Assembly: GCA_944349515.1 (NCBI GenBank)
Contig: CALVNE010000004.1
Span: 2,166 to 66,165, forward strand
Direction of reading: 5' to 3'
Origin: an uncultured Clostridia bacterium
GTDB taxonomy: Bacteria > Bacillota > Clostridia > Christensenellales > UBA1242
Length of the DNA stretch: 64,000 bases
Shown: piece after piece, positions 35,297 through 43,587 of the stretch
How the letters are laid out: every line of letters begins with the position of its first letter
Numbering within the stretch: position 1 is the first letter of the stretch
The notes under the pieces: generated by a model
What the model was told of the DNA's origin: nothing
Databases searched by the model: none
The model's input: the letters and a program-made list of their open reading frames with translations, nothing else
Made by a program: the position numbers and the translations under genes

Positions 35297-36064
35297 ATGT
35301 TACTTTACGGCGATTATCACACCCACACAACCTATTCTAGAAACCATCACGGCAAGGGAACGGTGTTAGAGAATGCCTCCGTTGCCGCCAATAAGGGGCT
35401 AAAGCAGATTGCCATAACCGACCACGGCTTTAACCACCAATTTTACGGCATAAGGCGCAAGGATATCCCAAACCTTAAAGAGGACATCTTAAACGCGCGC
35501 GAGGTTTCGGGCGTTGACATCCTCTTGGGCGTGGAGGCGAACCTTATCTCGCTCGACGGCGGGGTGGATATCCGCGAGGAGGACTATGAGTTTTTGGATA
35601 TCTTTTTAATGGGCTATCACAGAATGGTCAAAACAACCACCATAAAAGACAAGGCGCTTCTAAATTGGGCGAACGACATCGGCAAAATCTTCCGCCCGAG
35701 TGAGCAGACGATAAACCGAAACACCACCGCTTTTTTGAAGGCGCTTGATAAATATCCTATCGACATCATCACCCACCTTAACTACGGCTTTGAAACCGAC
35801 ACCATTGCGGTCGCAAAAATGGCTAAGCAAAAGGGGGTGTATGTTGAACTCAACGGCAAGCGAATTAATTTCACCGACGATGAAATATTAACAATGGCAG
35901 GCGAGGGCGTGAAGTTTATCGTCAACTCTGACGCACATAAGCCAGAGAACGTTGGCGAGGTGAACAACGGGCTTGACACAATCTATCGTTTAAACATTCC
36001 TCTTTCACTTGTGGCGAATGTCGACAAAATGCCTAAATTTAATAAGAAAAGAGGAAGTTTTTAA
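35297..36064 (+). CDS. PHP-domain phosphoesterase (histidinol-phosphatase family)
   Basis: YGDYHTHTTYSRNHHG...IAITDHG...NSDAH metal-binding motifs. SD is AAGGAG. Confidence 0.75.
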   Translation: MLLYGDYHTHTTYSRNHHGKGTVLENASVAANKGLKQIAITDHGFNHQFYGIRRKDIPNLKEDILNAREVSGVDILLGVEANLISLDGGVDIREEDYEFLDIFLMGYHRMVKTTTIKDKALLNWANDIGKIFRPSEQTINRNTTAFLKALDKYPIDIITHLNYGFETDTIAVAKMAKQKGVYVELNGKRINFTDDEILTMAGEGVKFIVNSDAHKPENVGEVNNGLDTIYRLNIPLSLVANVDKMPKFNKKRGSF

Positions 36065-36261
36065 GATTTTTGGCGCATAGATATGGTTTGTTTTCATAGA
36101 GAAAGGCGTTATTTTTTAATTATCAAAATTTATGGCGTGAGAAAATTTAAAACTTGCAAATTAGGTGAATAAAAAAATGTTAGTAAAATATCGATAAAAA
36201 GCATAAAAGTAATCAAAATTTTGCTATAAAGTTTAAAGATGTGAAGATTTAGCGAGGCAAT

Positions 36262-37224
36262 ATGAGTTTTTCAAGAGAGTCAAAGGTGGAGATTTTAGAA
36301 ATGGAGTTGGAGGACGATTCCTCTTGCGTCGCTTTTTTATCGGGGCTTTTTCATTCATCGGGCGAGATAGGTAAGGAGGGGGCCGAGTATTTTGTTTCGA
36401 TTATTTCCGACATTGAAGAACTTTTTCCGTATGTGAAGAAGATTGTCAAGCGCCTTTACGGCAATGATGTGGAGGAAAAACTCTCCGAACAATACTCCAT
36501 AAGCAAAAATGACTTCTATGAATTAAGGTTTGATGTGAAAAATTTTCAGCAACTACTATTAGACGTCGGCGTCATCGACTTTTCAGACGGCTTATCCTTC
36601 AATTTTGAGGTCAATAAAAGCATAATTTTGGAAGATACACCGCGTCGCGCCTTCATAAAAGGGGTGTATATCGGTTGTTCCACGTCGAGCATTAAGTTTT
36701 CAGAAGGCGCGCATAAGACGGAGGCGACAGGCTATCACCTTGAATTTGTGTCGAAAAACCACGATTTTTTATTGGAACTTTCCTCCATACTTGCCGGCTA
36801 CAACATCCTTGGCAAGATTTTTGAGCGAAAGGGCGACTTTGTCTACTATCTCAAAGACGTCAATGCTATTATGGACCTACTTGCGCTGGTGGGCGCGAAC
36901 GATAGCGTGTTAAAACTGAGTAACGAACTTGTCACTCGGGAACTTAGAAACAATGTCAATAGGCAAGTTAACTGCATAAACGCAAATATTAATAAGACGG
37001 TGGAGGCAAGTTTAAAACAAGTGGAGGCGATAAACACGATTATCTCCACCATAGGACTTGAAAGTCTGCCAGAGGACTTACAAGAGGTTGCCATGCTTCG
37101 GCTTGCCAACCAAGAGGAAAGTTTGGAGGAACTACTTAAACTTTCCACCATAAAACTGACCCGTTCGGGGTTAAATCATAGATTTAGAAAAATAATTAAA
37201 ATCGCAAAGGAGTTAGAAGAATGA
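36262..37224 (+). CDS. whiA: DNA-binding protein WhiA
   Basis: 320 aa. Has a LAGLIDADG-like scaffold (FLSGLFHSSGEI, FIKGVYIGCST) and a C-terminal HTH (LTRSGLNHRFRKI). Confidence 0.85.
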   Translation: MSFSRESKVEILEMELEDDSSCVAFLSGLFHSSGEIGKEGAEYFVSIISDIEELFPYVKKIVKRLYGNDVEEKLSEQYSISKNDFYELRFDVKNFQQLLLDVGVIDFSDGLSFNFEVNKSIILEDTPRRAFIKGVYIGCSTSSIKFSEGAHKTEATGYHLEFVSKNHDFLLELSSILAGYNILGKIFERKGDFVYYLKDVNAIMDLLALVGANDSVLKLSNELVTRELRNNVNRQVNCINANINKTVEASLKQVEAINTIISTIGLESLPEDLQEVAMLRLANQEESLEELLKLSTIKLTRSGLNHRFRKIIKIAKELEE

Positions 37225-40200
37225 AAGATTTTGTCCACTTGCATGTGCACACTGAATTTTCACTACTGGACGGAATTGCCAGAATTGCTAAACTTGTTGA
37301 GATGACAAAGGAGCGTGGATATTCCGCCTGCGCCATCACCGACCACGGCAATATGTTCGGCACTTTGCAGTTTTTTGAAGCGTGCGTAAAGGCAGGGATT
37401 AAGCCAATCCTTGGCTGCGAGTTTTATATTTGCAATGACTTACATCGCAAGCAAGGTAAGGACGACATCGGGCATATTATCTTACTCGCCAAAAATGACA
37501 CAGGTTTACATAACCTATATAAACTCAACGGAATTGCATATGTTGACGGTTTTTACTATAAGCCAAGAATCGACTACGAAACATTGAAGGCGCATAGCGA
37601 AGGCGTCATCTGTCTTTCGGCGTGCCTAGCGGGACACATCCCCGGGCTTATCTTACAGCGCCGATTTGACGAGGCGGACGCACTTGCACTTAAACTTAAA
37701 GATATGTTCGCGCCGGGCGATTTCTATTTGGAACTCCAAGACCACGGTCTCGAGGAGCAAAAACTTGTCAACTCCTATCTTATCGACCTAGCCGAGCGAA
37801 TAGGCGTCAAACTTGTTGCCACAAACGATGTGCATTATCTAAATCAAACGGACGCGGAGATGCAAGATGTTTTGATGTGCGTGCAGATGGGAAAATATTT
37901 GGAGGACCAGGACAGACTTCGCTTTGATACCAACGAATTTTACCTAAAAACGCGTGAAGAGATGGAAAAAATCTTTCCTGATGAGTATCTTGACACCACG
38001 ATTGAAATAGCGAACAAGTGCGATGTGACGATTAAAACCAAACACCTTGCGGAAGTTGCAGAAATTGCTGAAAGATATAAGTTGCCAGCAAACCAAAACT
38101 ATATCCCTGTCTACAAAACCTCAACTGGCGAAGAGCCGTATGAGTTTTTGCGAAGGATATCATATGAGGGACTACATAAGAAATATAAGGAAATCACAAA
38201 GGAACTTATCGACAGACTGGAAATGGAACTTACCACCATTAAAGAACAGGGCTTTGTGGAGTATTTCCTTATCGTTTGGGACTACATCAACTGGGCGACC
38301 GAGCATGGCATACCTGTCGGTCCGGGGCGTGGAAGCGGTGCGGGGAGTTTGGTTGCCTACACCTCAGGTATCACGCGCGTGGACCCAATTAAGTATAATC
38401 TCTTCTTCGAGCGCTTTATCAACAAAGAGCGCGTTTCTATGCCGGACTTTGACGTCGACTTTTGCACCGATAGGCGTGAAGAGGTTATTAACTATGTGCG
38501 CGAGCGCTACGGCAGTGACCATGTGGCGCAGATTGTCACCTTTGGGCGTATGCAGGCAAAGAACGCCATTCGCGATGTGGCGAGAGTTTTGAGAACGCCA
38601 TATTCAGAAGTGGACAAGATAACAAAACTTATTCCTCTTAAAAAGCCAGACGGCATCAAAAAGCCACCACTACTTAAATATTACTTCGGCACAACGGGCG
38701 ACCCAGCAAACAACCAGTTTATCATTCCAGAACTTAGAGAGATGTACGAAAGCGATCCAAGCGTCAAGCGTATTGCCGACATGGCGATTAAACTTGAGGG
38801 CGTGCCAAGAAACACTTCCACTCACGCGGCTGGTGTGCTTATTTCGCCTGAGCCTGTTTCCAACTTCGTTCCGCTTGCAAGAAACGGCGACGATATTGTG
38901 ACGCAGTATGATATGATTGAACTTGAATCACTGGGCCTCCTTAAAATGGACTTTTTGGCGCTCATTACGCTTACCGATATCAAAAAGGCGTGTGACTATA
39001 TCTACGAAACGCATGGCATAAAGGTTGATATGTATGCCATGGAATATGACGACCCAAAAGTGTTCGATTTGATTTCTTCTGGCAGAACGGACGCGGTGTT
39101 CCAACTAGATGGCGCAGGTATGAAGAAATTTATGAAAGAACTTAAACCTTCGTGCATGGACGATATTATCGCGGGAATTTCGCTCTACCGACCAGGTCCT
39201 ATGGACTTTATTCCAAAGTTTGTGAAAAATAAGGAAGACCCAGAGCATATCGAGTATGACGACCAATGCCTTGAAGGGATACTTGATGTTACCTATGGCT
39301 GTATCGTTTATCAAGAGCAAGTTATGAAAATCTTTCAGGTTATGGGCGGATATAGCCTCGGTCAAGCAGACAATATTCGCCGTATCATGGGCAAGAAAAA
39401 GGTGGATAAGATTGGCGAAGAGAGAGTGAAATTTGTCAATGGTTGGGAGGATCCAGAGGGTAAAAAGTCGATACCTGGCGCGGTGAAACTTGGGCATAAA
39501 AAGGAAGTTGCAGAGAAGATTTTTGATGAGATGAAGGAGTTTGCAAAATACGCCTTCAACAAATCTCACGCCGCAGCATATGCCTATGTTTCCTACCAAA
39601 CGGCATATTTAAAATGCTACTACGAAGTGGAATATTTGACGGCAGTTTTAAATAACAGAATAACAAGCGCCGACAAACTGACAAAATTTATCAACTTTGC
39701 AAGAAGCGAAGGTATACAAATTCTTCCGCCTGATGTCAACAAAAGTGGAACATATTTTAAGGTGGAAAACGGCGGAATTCGATTTGGACTTGGCGGACTT
39801 AAACACGTTGGCACGCAGGTCATCGAAAATATGGAAAAAGAGCGGGAAGCGAACGGCGAGTTTAAGAGCATGGAGGACTTTATCGACCGCATGAGCGACT
39901 ACACCATAAATAAGAAAATGGTGGAGTGCCTTATTCTTAGCGGTGCTTTTGATTGCTTTGGGCATTCGCGTTCTTCGTGCATGGCAGTGTATGAAAAGGT
40001 CATGCAACGCGCAAGTAAGGACAAAAAGACAAGGCAACTAGGGCAAATATCTTTCTTCTCAACCAACGAAATTGTCGACACAGTGGAATATCCAGACATC
40101 AAGGAGTTCAACAAAAAGACGCTTCTAAGAAATGAGCGCGATATTGTTGGCGTGTATATGTCAGGGCATCCGCTTGAAGAATACGCTGAAAAGTTTAAGA

Positions 40201-40808
40201 ATTTCACTATCAACGCGGAAACCTTAAATACCATAAACACAAGAGATGAGGATATGGAAATTCCAGAAGAGGACGACAAATTTAGCGAAGAGACGGAACT
40301 ACTCGATGGTCAACCTTTTACTTGTGGCGGAATTATTGTGGAAGTCAAAAAAATTCGTTCTAAGAGTGGGCGCGATATGTGCGCGTTCAAACTTGAAGAT
40401 TTGACAGGCACAATGGAGGTCACACTCTTTCCAAATATCTATGCGAAATATCGTAATGAGATTGTGGAAGACGCACTTGTAACGGCCAAGGGAAAGTTTA
40501 ATGTGCGTGATTCTGGCGTTTCGCTGATTGGCGACAGTGTGTTCGTTTGGAAGGAAGAAGAAAAGGCTAAGGCGGAAGAAAGGATAGGAAAGGTATATCT
40601 AAGATTTGACACTAAGGACATAGATGTGTATTCCAAGGTTAAAAATTCGCTCTTGTCATATCCGGGCGAGGCACAGGTCATCATTCGTTGCACCTCCTCA
40701 GGCTCGGCACTCAACTTTAATGGTAAGGTGGCAATAAATAATTATCTCATCAACGAACTTTCAGGAATTATCGGCAATGAAAACATTGTGGTTAAGGAGG
40801 CAAAATGA
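37221..40808 (+). CDS. dnaE: DNA polymerase III alpha subunit
   Basis: 1195 aa. N-terminal PHP domain (FVHLHVHTEFSLLDG), catalytic MPDFDVDF, HhH and OB regions. ATGA overlap with the whiA stop. Confidence 0.93.
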   Translation: MKDFVHLHVHTEFSLLDGIARIAKLVEMTKERGYSACAITDHGNMFGTLQFFEACVKAGIKPILGCEFYICNDLHRKQGKDDIGHIILLAKNDTGLHNLYKLNGIAYVDGFYYKPRIDYETLKAHSEGVICLSACLAGHIPGLILQRRFDEADALALKLKDMFAPGDFYLELQDHGLEEQKLVNSYLIDLAERIGVKLVATNDVHYLNQTDAEMQDVLMCVQMGKYLEDQDRLRFDTNEFYLKTREEMEKIFPDEYLDTTIEIANKCDVTIKTKHLAEVAEIAERYKLPANQNYIPVYKTSTGEEPYEFLRRISYEGLHKKYKEITKELIDRLEMELTTIKEQGFVEYFLIVWDYINWATEHGIPVGPGRGSGAGSLVAYTSGITRVDPIKYNLFFERFINKERVSMPDFDVDFCTDRREEVINYVRERYGSDHVAQIVTFGRMQAKNAIRDVARVLRTPYSEVDKITKLIPLKKPDGIKKPPLLKYYFGTTGDPANNQFIIPELREMYESDPSVKRIADMAIKLEGVPRNTSTHAAGVLISPEPVSNFVPLARNGDDIVTQYDMIELESLGLLKMDFLALITLTDIKKACDYIYETHGIKVDMYAMEYDDPKVFDLISSGRTDAVFQLDGAGMKKFMKELKPSCMDDIIAGISLYRPGPMDFIPKFVKNKEDPEHIEYDDQCLEGILDVTYGCIVYQEQVMKIFQVMGGYSLGQADNIRRIMGKKKVDKIGEERVKFVNGWEDPEGKKSIPGAVKLGHKKEVAEKIFDEMKEFAKYAFNKSHAAAYAYVSYQTAYLKCYYEVEYLTAVLNNRITSADKLTKFINFARSEGIQILPPDVNKSGTYFKVENGGIRFGLGGLKHVGTQVIENMEKEREANGEFKSMEDFIDRMSDYTINKKMVECLILSGAFDCFGHSRSSCMAVYEKVMQRASKDKKTRQLGQISFFSTNEIVDTVEYPDIKEFNKKTLLRNERDIVGVYMSGHPLEEYAEKFKNFTINAETLNTINTRDEDMEIPEEDDKFSEETELLDGQPFTCGGIIVEVKKIRSKSGRDMCAFKLEDLTGTMEVTLFPNIYAKYRNEIVEDALVTAKGKFNVRDSGVSLIGDSVFVWKEEEKAKAEERIGKVYLRFDTKDIDVYSKVKNSLLSYPGEAQVIIRCTSSGSALNFNGKVAINNYLINELSGIIGNENIVVKEAK

Positions 40809-41671
40809 AAATTTTAGTTTTGTGTAGCGGTGGCGATGCACCAGGGATGAACCGATTTGTCTATACGCTTTCAAAAAATTTTGAAGATGTCTACTATGCC
40901 TACAAGGGCTTCAAAGGGCTTGTGGAAGGCGACATACGAAAATTAGAAAAGGCCGAAATTGAAAAGGTTAAGGACGAGGCTGGCGCATACATCCGTTCTT
41001 CTCGCTATCCAGAGTTCAAAGAGAAAAAATACTTTTTGAAAGGGCTTAAAAATGCACTTAAATTTGATGTGACAGTTGTGCTTGGTGGCAACGGCAGTCA
41101 AAAGGGCGCAAAGGAACTTAGAAATAATGGTGCAAATGTGCTTTTCGTGCCAGCGACCATTGATAACGATGTGGAAGGGGCGGAATACAGCATGGGCTTT
41201 GACACGGCAGTCTATCAAGGCGTCTACACCGTCGAAAATTCCATGCCAAGTTTTCACACCTTTTCCAAAACCTGTCTATATAAGGTTATGGGAAGGTATT
41301 GCCCGAAGATTGCTGAGGCGGTTTTTGAAAAGACGAATGCCGATTATCTCATTGCCAGCGAAAGCGATTTAAAATATTCAAAGATTAAAAAGATAATCAA
41401 AGAGAATGAAAAAAAAGACAAAGGCACGGCAATCATCGTGAAAGAAAAAATCATAGATATGGACGAACTAAAAAATAAACTTGAAGCATATCCAACTCAA
41501 ATTCGCGTGCAGACAGTTGGCTACTTGCAACGTGGTGGAAAGCCTACAAAGACGGAACTCAAAAAAGCCGACCAAATTGCAAATCAAACCTCAAAATTAA
41601 TTAAAGCGCAAAACTTTGGAAATTCAGTTATGTTTGAAAAAATAGAAAAAATCGCCGTAAAACCGCTTTAA
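40805..41671 (+). CDS. pfkA: 6-phosphofructokinase-family protein (short, divergent)
   Basis: Motifs GGDAPGMN, PATIDND, MGR and GYLQRGG are present. GGDGS reads GGNGS. 288 aa. ATGA overlap with dnaE. Confidence 0.7.
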   Translation: MKILVLCSGGDAPGMNRFVYTLSKNFEDVYYAYKGFKGLVEGDIRKLEKAEIEKVKDEAGAYIRSSRYPEFKEKKYFLKGLKNALKFDVTVVLGGNGSQKGAKELRNNGANVLFVPATIDNDVEGAEYSMGFDTAVYQGVYTVENSMPSFHTFSKTCLYKVMGRYCPKIAEAVFEKTNADYLIASESDLKYSKIKKIIKENEKKDKGTAIIVKEKIIDMDELKNKLEAYPTQIRVQTVGYLQRGGKPTKTELKKADQIANQTSKLIKAQNFGNSVMFEKIEKIAVKPL

Positions 41672-41702
41672 AGCTTAATAATTTAGCTAAAATAATAAAA
41701 AG

Positions 41703-41753
41703 TGTGAAACAAAATTGCCAAAAATTGCATAAAATGTTTCACATTTTTATTTT
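41703..41753. repeat. repeat A, copy 1: terminator-like long hairpin element
   Basis: GTGAAACAAAATTGCCAAAAATTGCATAAAATGTTTCACATTTTTATTTTA. GTGAAACA pairs with TGTTTCAC. A near-identical element lies at 43398-43448. It sits between the pfkA stop and the stop of the convergent HTH gene. Confidence 0.7.
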
Positions 41754-41967
41754 AATATATAAAAAGGTCTTCATAGTTTATTTTTGTTACTTTTGATATT
41801 CGCACGAGATAATAAAGCGAAACGCTTTTATTATTTAAAATTTTTCTTAGTATTCTTTCGTCAATGGCGCAGTGTTTAGCAAAGGTTGTTGTATTATAAC
41901 CATTTTCTTCCATATATTCTTTAATTTTGTCAGTATTATAAACTATTTCATATTTATCGTCTTTCAT
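41752..41967 (-). CDS. small HTH protein (Cro/CI-like, divergent)
   Basis: 71 aa. SD AAGGAG is the complement of 41974-41979. HTH-like segment TTTFAKHCAIDERILRKILNN. Divergent from the XRE gene across a three-operator region. Confidence 0.6.
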   Translation of the reverse strand: MKDDKYEIVYNTDKIKEYMEENGYNTTTFAKHCAIDERILRKILNNKSVSLYYLVRISKVTKINYEDLFIY

Positions 41968-41987
41968 TTTTTTCTCCTTATTGTTTT

Positions 41988-42060
41988 TTATCTGTTTAGA
42001 TAATTATAATATATATTATCTATTTAGATAATGTCAAGCAAATGTTATCTATTTAGATAA
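41988..42060. promoter_or_regulatory. three palindromic operators TTATCT(A/G)TTTAGATAA
   Basis: Copies at 41988-42003 (one arm mismatch), 42016-42031 and 42045-42060. The 7-bp arms TTATCTA/TAGATAA flank a TT centre. Centre spacing is 28 and 29 bp. They lie between the divergent HTH genes. Confidence 0.75.
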
Positions 42061-42064
42061 TTTA

Positions 42065-42093
42065 TTGTTTTAAATTGTCCATTTGGGTAAAAT
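42065..42093 (+). promoter_or_regulatory. candidate rightward promoter of the XRE gene
   Basis: TTGTTT at 42065-42070, 17-nt spacer, TAAAAT at 42088-42093, directly after operator 3. Confidence 0.4.
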
Positions 42094-42119
42094 ATAAGTA
42101 AACACATGTGGAGAAAAAG

Positions 42120-42332
42120 ATGTCTGTTAGAAAAGAGTTTGCATATAGGCTTAAAGATTTAAGAATGGAAAAAGGCTTGACTTTAAAACAATTAAGTGAA
42201 CATATCGGAGTGAGTTTTAACACCATAAGTCGTTGGGAGCGTGAAGAGCGTGTGCCTAATATTGAAAACATTGTGGCGCTTGCAAAGTTTTTCAAAGTTT
42301 CTGCCGATTATCTTTGTGGCTTAGAGGATTAA
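42120..42332 (+). CDS. XRE-family HTH transcriptional regulator
   Basis: ATG at 42120 after GGAGAA. MSVRKEFAYRLKDLRMEKGLTLKQLSEHIGVSFNTISRWEREERVPNIENIVALAKFFKVSADYLCG is a classic HTH_3/XRE pattern. Confidence 0.85.
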   Translation: MSVRKEFAYRLKDLRMEKGLTLKQLSEHIGVSFNTISRWEREERVPNIENIVALAKFFKVSADYLCGLED

Positions 42333-42347
42333 GTCCTCTTTTATTTT
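42323..42347 (+). terminator. small terminator candidate overlapping the XRE stop codon
   Basis: AGAGGA, loop TTAAG, TCCTCT, followed by TTATTTTT. Confidence 0.4.
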
Positions 42348-42388
42348 TAAAATCTATCGGCAAGTTAATTTTAAAAAATTGCTGGTAT

Positions 42389-42494
42389 TTTTGCCGATAA
42401 GATAAAGAATTTGCAAAAAACACGCAAAAATACCACTTTTTACAAGTTATCGGAAAAAAAATTTAAAATTCTTGTTGCAAAATTGCCGATAATT
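42389..42494. repeat. repeat B, copy 1 (about 105 nt), containing the fic promoter region
   Basis: Aligns by eye at roughly 85 percent identity with 43481-43587. Shared core: CACTTTTTACAAGTTATCGG.AAAAAAAATTTAAAATTCTTG...AAAATTGCCGATA. Confidence 0.7.
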
Positions 42495-42503
42495 TGGTAT
42501 AAT
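42475..42503 (+). promoter_or_regulatory. promoter of the fic gene with a TTGCCGATA box in its spacer
   Basis: TTGCAA at 42475-42480, 17-nt spacer ending TGG, TATAAT at 42498-42503. TTGCCGATA at 42483-42491 lies inside the spacer. Confidence 0.5.
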
Positions 42504-42518
42504 AATTATGAGGTGTGT

Positions 42519-43385
42519 ATGAAATATTTAGGGACAAAGGAAATAAGTAAACTTTGGAAAGTATCAGAAAGGTCAGTGAGAAATTATTGCAGAGAAGGTA
42601 AGGTTGAGGGTGCAGTTTTTGTTGGTAAAACTTGGCAAATACCAGAAAATGCAATGAAGCCTAAGCGTGTTTGTGGCAATAATCTGCTTTTTGTTTTGAA
42701 AGAAGAAAAGAGTATGAAATATAAGGGCGGAATTTATCACAAAACACAAATTGAACTCACTTACAACTCTAACCATATTGAAGGGAGCAGGTTGACCGAA
42801 GAGCAAACACGCCTTATCTTTGAAACGAACACAATCGGCGTTAGTGAAAGTGTCAATGTTGATGATATTATCGAAACGACAAACCATTTTAGATGTGTAG
42901 ATTATATTATAGATAATGCCAGCAAACCACTCACTGAAATGATGATAAAAAAACTGCACTATATGCTTAAATCTGGCACAAGCGATGCTAAAAAAGATTG
43001 GTTTAATGTTGGAGAATACAAAAAATTGCCAAACGAAATTGGCGGTAAGACAACCTGTTTGCCTGAAAATGTGGCAAAAGAGATGAGAAAACTCTTAGAA
43101 AAATATAAAAACGAAAAGACATTTGAAAGTATTGTGGCATTTCATCATGATTTTGAAGGTATACACCCATTTCAAGACGGCAATGGGCGAATAGGTAGGC
43201 TCATCATGTTTAAAGAATGCTTGCACCATAATATTGTGCCTTTCATTATTGACAGCGCGCATAAATTATATTATTATCGAGGGTTAAGTGAATGGGAGAA
43301 TGAGCATGGCTTTTTGATTGAAACTTGTTTGTCTGCGCAAGACACTTACAAAAAATGGTTAGATTATTTTAAAATCAAATATTAA
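42519..43385 (+). CDS. fic: Fic-domain protein (AMPylase-type) with N-terminal HTH and internal inhibitory motif
   Basis: ATG at 42519 after AGGTG; the track's extension from 42411 is rejected. Fic motif HPFQDGNGRIGR matches HxFx(D/E)GNGRxxR. SNHIEG matches (S/T)xxxE(G/N). The N-terminus ISKLWKVSERSVRNYCREGKV is a MerR/excisionase-like HTH. Confidence 0.85.
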   Translation: MKYLGTKEISKLWKVSERSVRNYCREGKVEGAVFVGKTWQIPENAMKPKRVCGNNLLFVLKEEKSMKYKGGIYHKTQIELTYNSNHIEGSRLTEEQTRLIFETNTIGVSESVNVDDIIETTNHFRCVDYIIDNASKPLTEMMIKKLHYMLKSGTSDAKKDWFNVGEYKKLPNEIGGKTTCLPENVAKEMRKLLEKYKNEKTFESIVAFHHDFEGIHPFQDGNGRIGRLIMFKECLHHNIVPFIIDSAHKLYYYRGLSEWENEHGFLIETCLSAQDTYKKWLDYFKIKY

Positions 43386-43397
43386 AAACATAAAAAT

Positions 43398-43448
43398 GTG
43401 AAACAAAACAAGCAAAATTTGCAGAAAATGTTTCACATTTTTATTTTA
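43398..43448. repeat. repeat A, copy 2
   Basis: GTGAAACAAAACAAGCAAAATTTGCAGAAAATGTTTCACATTTTTATTTTA lies directly after the fic stop. The extended stem TAAAAATGTGAAACA/TGTTTCACATTTTTA is 15 bp. Confidence 0.7.
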
Positions 43449-43480
43449 TAGGCAAAGTGATTTGAAAAAATTACAGAAAA

Positions 43481-43587
43481 TATTGCCGATAGGGCAGAAA
43501 TCTGCAAAAAAACACGTCAAAAAGCCACTTTTTACAAGTTATCGGCAAAAAAAATTTAAAATTCTTGCTCTAAAATTGCCGATAGGT
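43481..43587. repeat. repeat B, copy 2 (lacks the -10 element of copy 1)
   Basis: See copy 1. It ends at the stop codon of the convergent gene 43588-44307. Confidence 0.7.

Noticed and set aside
38047-38592. 181-aa alternative-frame ORF inside dnaE
   Set aside because: It is embedded in the conserved DnaE frame and has no independent signals.
42411-42518. Upstream extensions proposed by the track for fic (42411), spoIIID (11980), the XRE gene (42108), the M23 gene (10920), 9875 and 34992
   Set aside because: The extensions use non-ATG starts without SDs and cover promoter or repeat DNA. In-frame ATGs with proper SDs lie downstream.
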